Shown in pieces: positions 61,532 through 64,000 of a stretch of DNA of 64,000 bases (positions are counted from its first letter, which is position 1; each line of letters begins with the position of its first letter). The DNA comes from Macrostomum lignano. Lineage: Eukaryota. Made by a program: the position numbers and the translations under genes. The notes under the pieces were generated by a model, which was not told the DNA's origin, did not search any database, and saw nothing but the letters and a program-made list of their open reading frames with translations. The stretch lies in NCBI GenBank assembly GCA_002269645.1, contig NIVC01000551.1, forward strand, positions 124,001-188,000. Reading direction: 5' to 3'.

Positions 61532-62607
61532 TCACACAAACCCGGACTCAAGCAGTTCCACCCCGTCGGCGGTGACCTTGTCCCTCCGACCGGAGCCTCC
61601 GGAGACGCGACACCAGCTCTCGCACTGCAGATGCGACACCCGGCCATCGCCGCCCAGCACCAGGTGAATATTATAGAACCCGCCGTACATGCCCGGTATA
61701 GGAAAATTCCAGCAATCGTTTAAGCCGGATGTCAGGTGAGATTCGAGCAGGACTCGAACTGGGAGCATACTGAGGTGACCTTTATCGGACAGACCCATAG
61801 ATGCTTCTTTGATTAGGCCGTGGAAATGGCTCTCCATGGCGTCTAGCTGAGAGTCGTCGAGCTGTTCAGCTGGCAGGTGAAAACTTGGCGTCAGGGCTGC
61901 CAGGAGGTCCTGAAGGAAGGTAATTCGAGGGAATTATGGGAAATATAAGTAGGCGAATATTGAGGGACAATACAGATGGGAGAATTATCCCATAAACTGA
62001 GTTTTCTATAAGCTAATGAAAGAAATATTCCAAACCTGGGGATCCTATAAGCTAATGGGAGAAATATCCCAAAACTGAGGATCCCATATGCTAATGGGAG
62101 AAATATCCCAAAACTGAGGATCCCATATGCTAATGGGAGAAATATCCCAAAACTGAGGATCCCATATGCAAATGGGAGAGTTATCTAAAAATATGCGAAT
62201 AACCAAAGAATTACCCCTGCACTTTGGCCTCTCACCTGTCCGCATCCTGGCACACTTTTAGCCAAATCCAGCGGAGTCCTGCCCAGCCAGTCCTTAACGC
62301 ACCGAGCCGCACCGGCTTCAACCAGACGCTCGGCCACCCAGGCCGGGGCACCGGCACTGGCCGCATAGTGCAGCGGCGTCCACCCCGACGGTTCCACCTC
62401 GGGCGAGTCGCGCAATTCGCAGCTGTTCACCAGCGACGATTTAAAAGTGCCGGCATCGAAGGCGACGTCCCAGGATTTGCTTTTGAATGGCTGGAACAGC
62501 CGCAAGATGCAATCGGCGTAGGTGTCTTTCAGTGTCGACTTCAGGGTGATTCCCGACCAGTCCGGCATGATGGGGCCGCTGGAAGCTGCGAAATTTACTG
62601 AGCTCAT
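61532..62607 (-). CDS. Ankyrin-repeat protein with conserved C-terminal domain of unknown function (bacterial-like), 249 aa, 2 exons
   Basis: Exons 62607-62236 and 61909-61532 join in phase 0 (GGACAG|GTGAGA ... TTCCTTCAG|GAC). Ankyrin GWTPLHYAA...GRTPLDLA; C-terminal domain FPIPGMYGGF...CESWCRVSGGSG...VTADGVELLESGFV. Confidence 0.85.
62040..62180. repeat. 39-bp tandem repeat in the ankyrin gene intron
   Basis: GCTAATGGGAGAAATATCCCAAAACTGAGGATCCCATAT, about 3.5 copies. Confidence 0.9.
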
Positions 62608-62654
62608 AGCATCTCGTAGGCCTTAGCTGGTGTAAAGAATGAATCTCAGTAGAT

Positions 62655-63610
62655 GTAGGGGCGAATCTCATAGGATACAGGGGCGAATCTCATAGGATAC
62701 AGGGGCGAATCTATTAGGGTACAGGGGCGAATCTCATAGAGTACAGGGGCGAATCTCAGAGGGTACAGGGGCGAATCTCATAGTCGATACAGGGGGAAAT
62801 CTCATAGGGTACAGGGGCGAATCTCATAGGGTACAGGGGCGAATCTCATAGGGTACAGGGGCGAATCTCATAGGGTACAGGGGCGAATCTCAGAGGGTAC
62901 AGGGGCTAATCTCATAGTAGATACAGGGGGAAATCTCATACGGTACAGGGGCGAATCTCATAGTAGATACAGGGCGAATCTCCTAGCAGATAGTGACAAA
63001 TCTCATTTAAGAAACATAGACGCATGTCATACTGGATATAGGGACGAATCTCAGCAGATACAGAGGCGAATCTCATAGCAGATTCAGGGGCGAATCTCAG
63101 TGGATACAGGGACAAATCTCATAGTGGATACAGAGACGAATCTCATAGTGGCTACAGGGACGAATCTCATAGTCGATACAGAGACGAATCTCATAGTGGA
63201 TACAGAGACGAATCTCATAGTGGCTACAGGGACGAATCTCATAGTGGCTACAGGGACGAATCTCATAGTGGATACAGAGACGAATCTCATAGTGGATACA
63301 GAGACGAATCTCATAGTGGATACAGGGACGAATCTCATAGTGGATACAGAGACGAATCTCATAGTGGCTACAGGGACGAATCTCATAGTGGATACAGAGA
63401 CGAATCTCATAGTGGATACAGGGACGAATTTCATAGTGGATACAGGGACGAATCTCAGAGGGTACAGGGGCGAATCTCAGAGGGTACAGGGGCGAATCTC
63501 ATAGTCGATACAGGGGAAATCTCATACGGTACAGGGGCGAATCTCATAGTAGATACAGAGACGAATCTCATAGCAGATGCAGGGACGAATCTCATAGCAG
63601 ATGCAGGGGC
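62655..63610. repeat. 22/24-bp minisatellite upstream of the ankyrin gene
   Basis: Units GGGGCGAATCTCATAGGGTACA and GACGAATCTCATAGTGGATACAGA. Confidence 0.95.
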
Positions 63611-64000
63611 GACCTGCCAAATGGGGATGAAATAATCTTGAAAAACAGGATCCTAAAAGAAATTTACTAAATGAAAGATTTTTAACTGTCGCTTCGAGAT
63701 ATCAGATTTTTATTATAATTTTATCAGATTAATTATAGCAGGTTGTTCATTGGAATCGAAAGTGTTCATCTAAAACAATAATAATTATTTAATAAACTAC
63801 CGGTACTAACAATAGCATTATTCGTGTGCAGATTTCACTATACTACTTATAATAATGAACGATTTATATATTGACTTTATTAAAAATAGACTAAACCACA
63901 ACAAAAGGAATGCTAATCACAACAAATAAATATTTTGACAGCAACTCTCTAGAGTATACTACTCATATCATCGCAACAACAGTAATAGCGTTGGGGTTTA

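Noticed and set aside
61532-62607. Bacterial contamination as the explanation for the bacterial-like ankyrin gene (and the FkbM gene)
   Set aside because: The ankyrin gene has a canonical spliceosomal intron with a host-type minisatellite. Both genes are embedded among animal genes and repeats, with no operon-like neighbours.

Overview
Eukaryotic (animal) genomic DNA, not prokaryotic: GC-rich exons with GT-AG introns, most large introns filled by their own mini/microsatellite, and AT-rich intergenic tracts with decayed transposons. This architecture and gene set suggest a free-living flatworm such as Macrostomum (inference, not proven). I built gene models by hand from the ORF track plus splice sites. 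Genes: a ZNFX1-like SF1 helicase with an N-terminal cold-shock-like domain (minus strand, runs off the left edge), an orphan class A GPCR, SPC25, an inverted head-to-head pair of NTPDase/apyrase genes, a type II membrane FkbM-family methyltransferase, TRMT112, UVRAG, a divergent pantothenate kinase, a multiply disrupted DEG/ENaC channel gene, and a two-exon ankyrin gene that resembles a bacterial family as I recall it (top horizontal-transfer candidate). Mobile DNA: a broken hAT transposase, a decayed Ty3/Gypsy element, a CORE-type SINE, a full tRNA-derived SINE with a 14-bp target-site duplication plus relatives, a MITE, and two Helitron-like 3' ends. No CRISPR, rRNA or intact tRNA is supported. 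All family assignments come from motif recognition; no database search was run.
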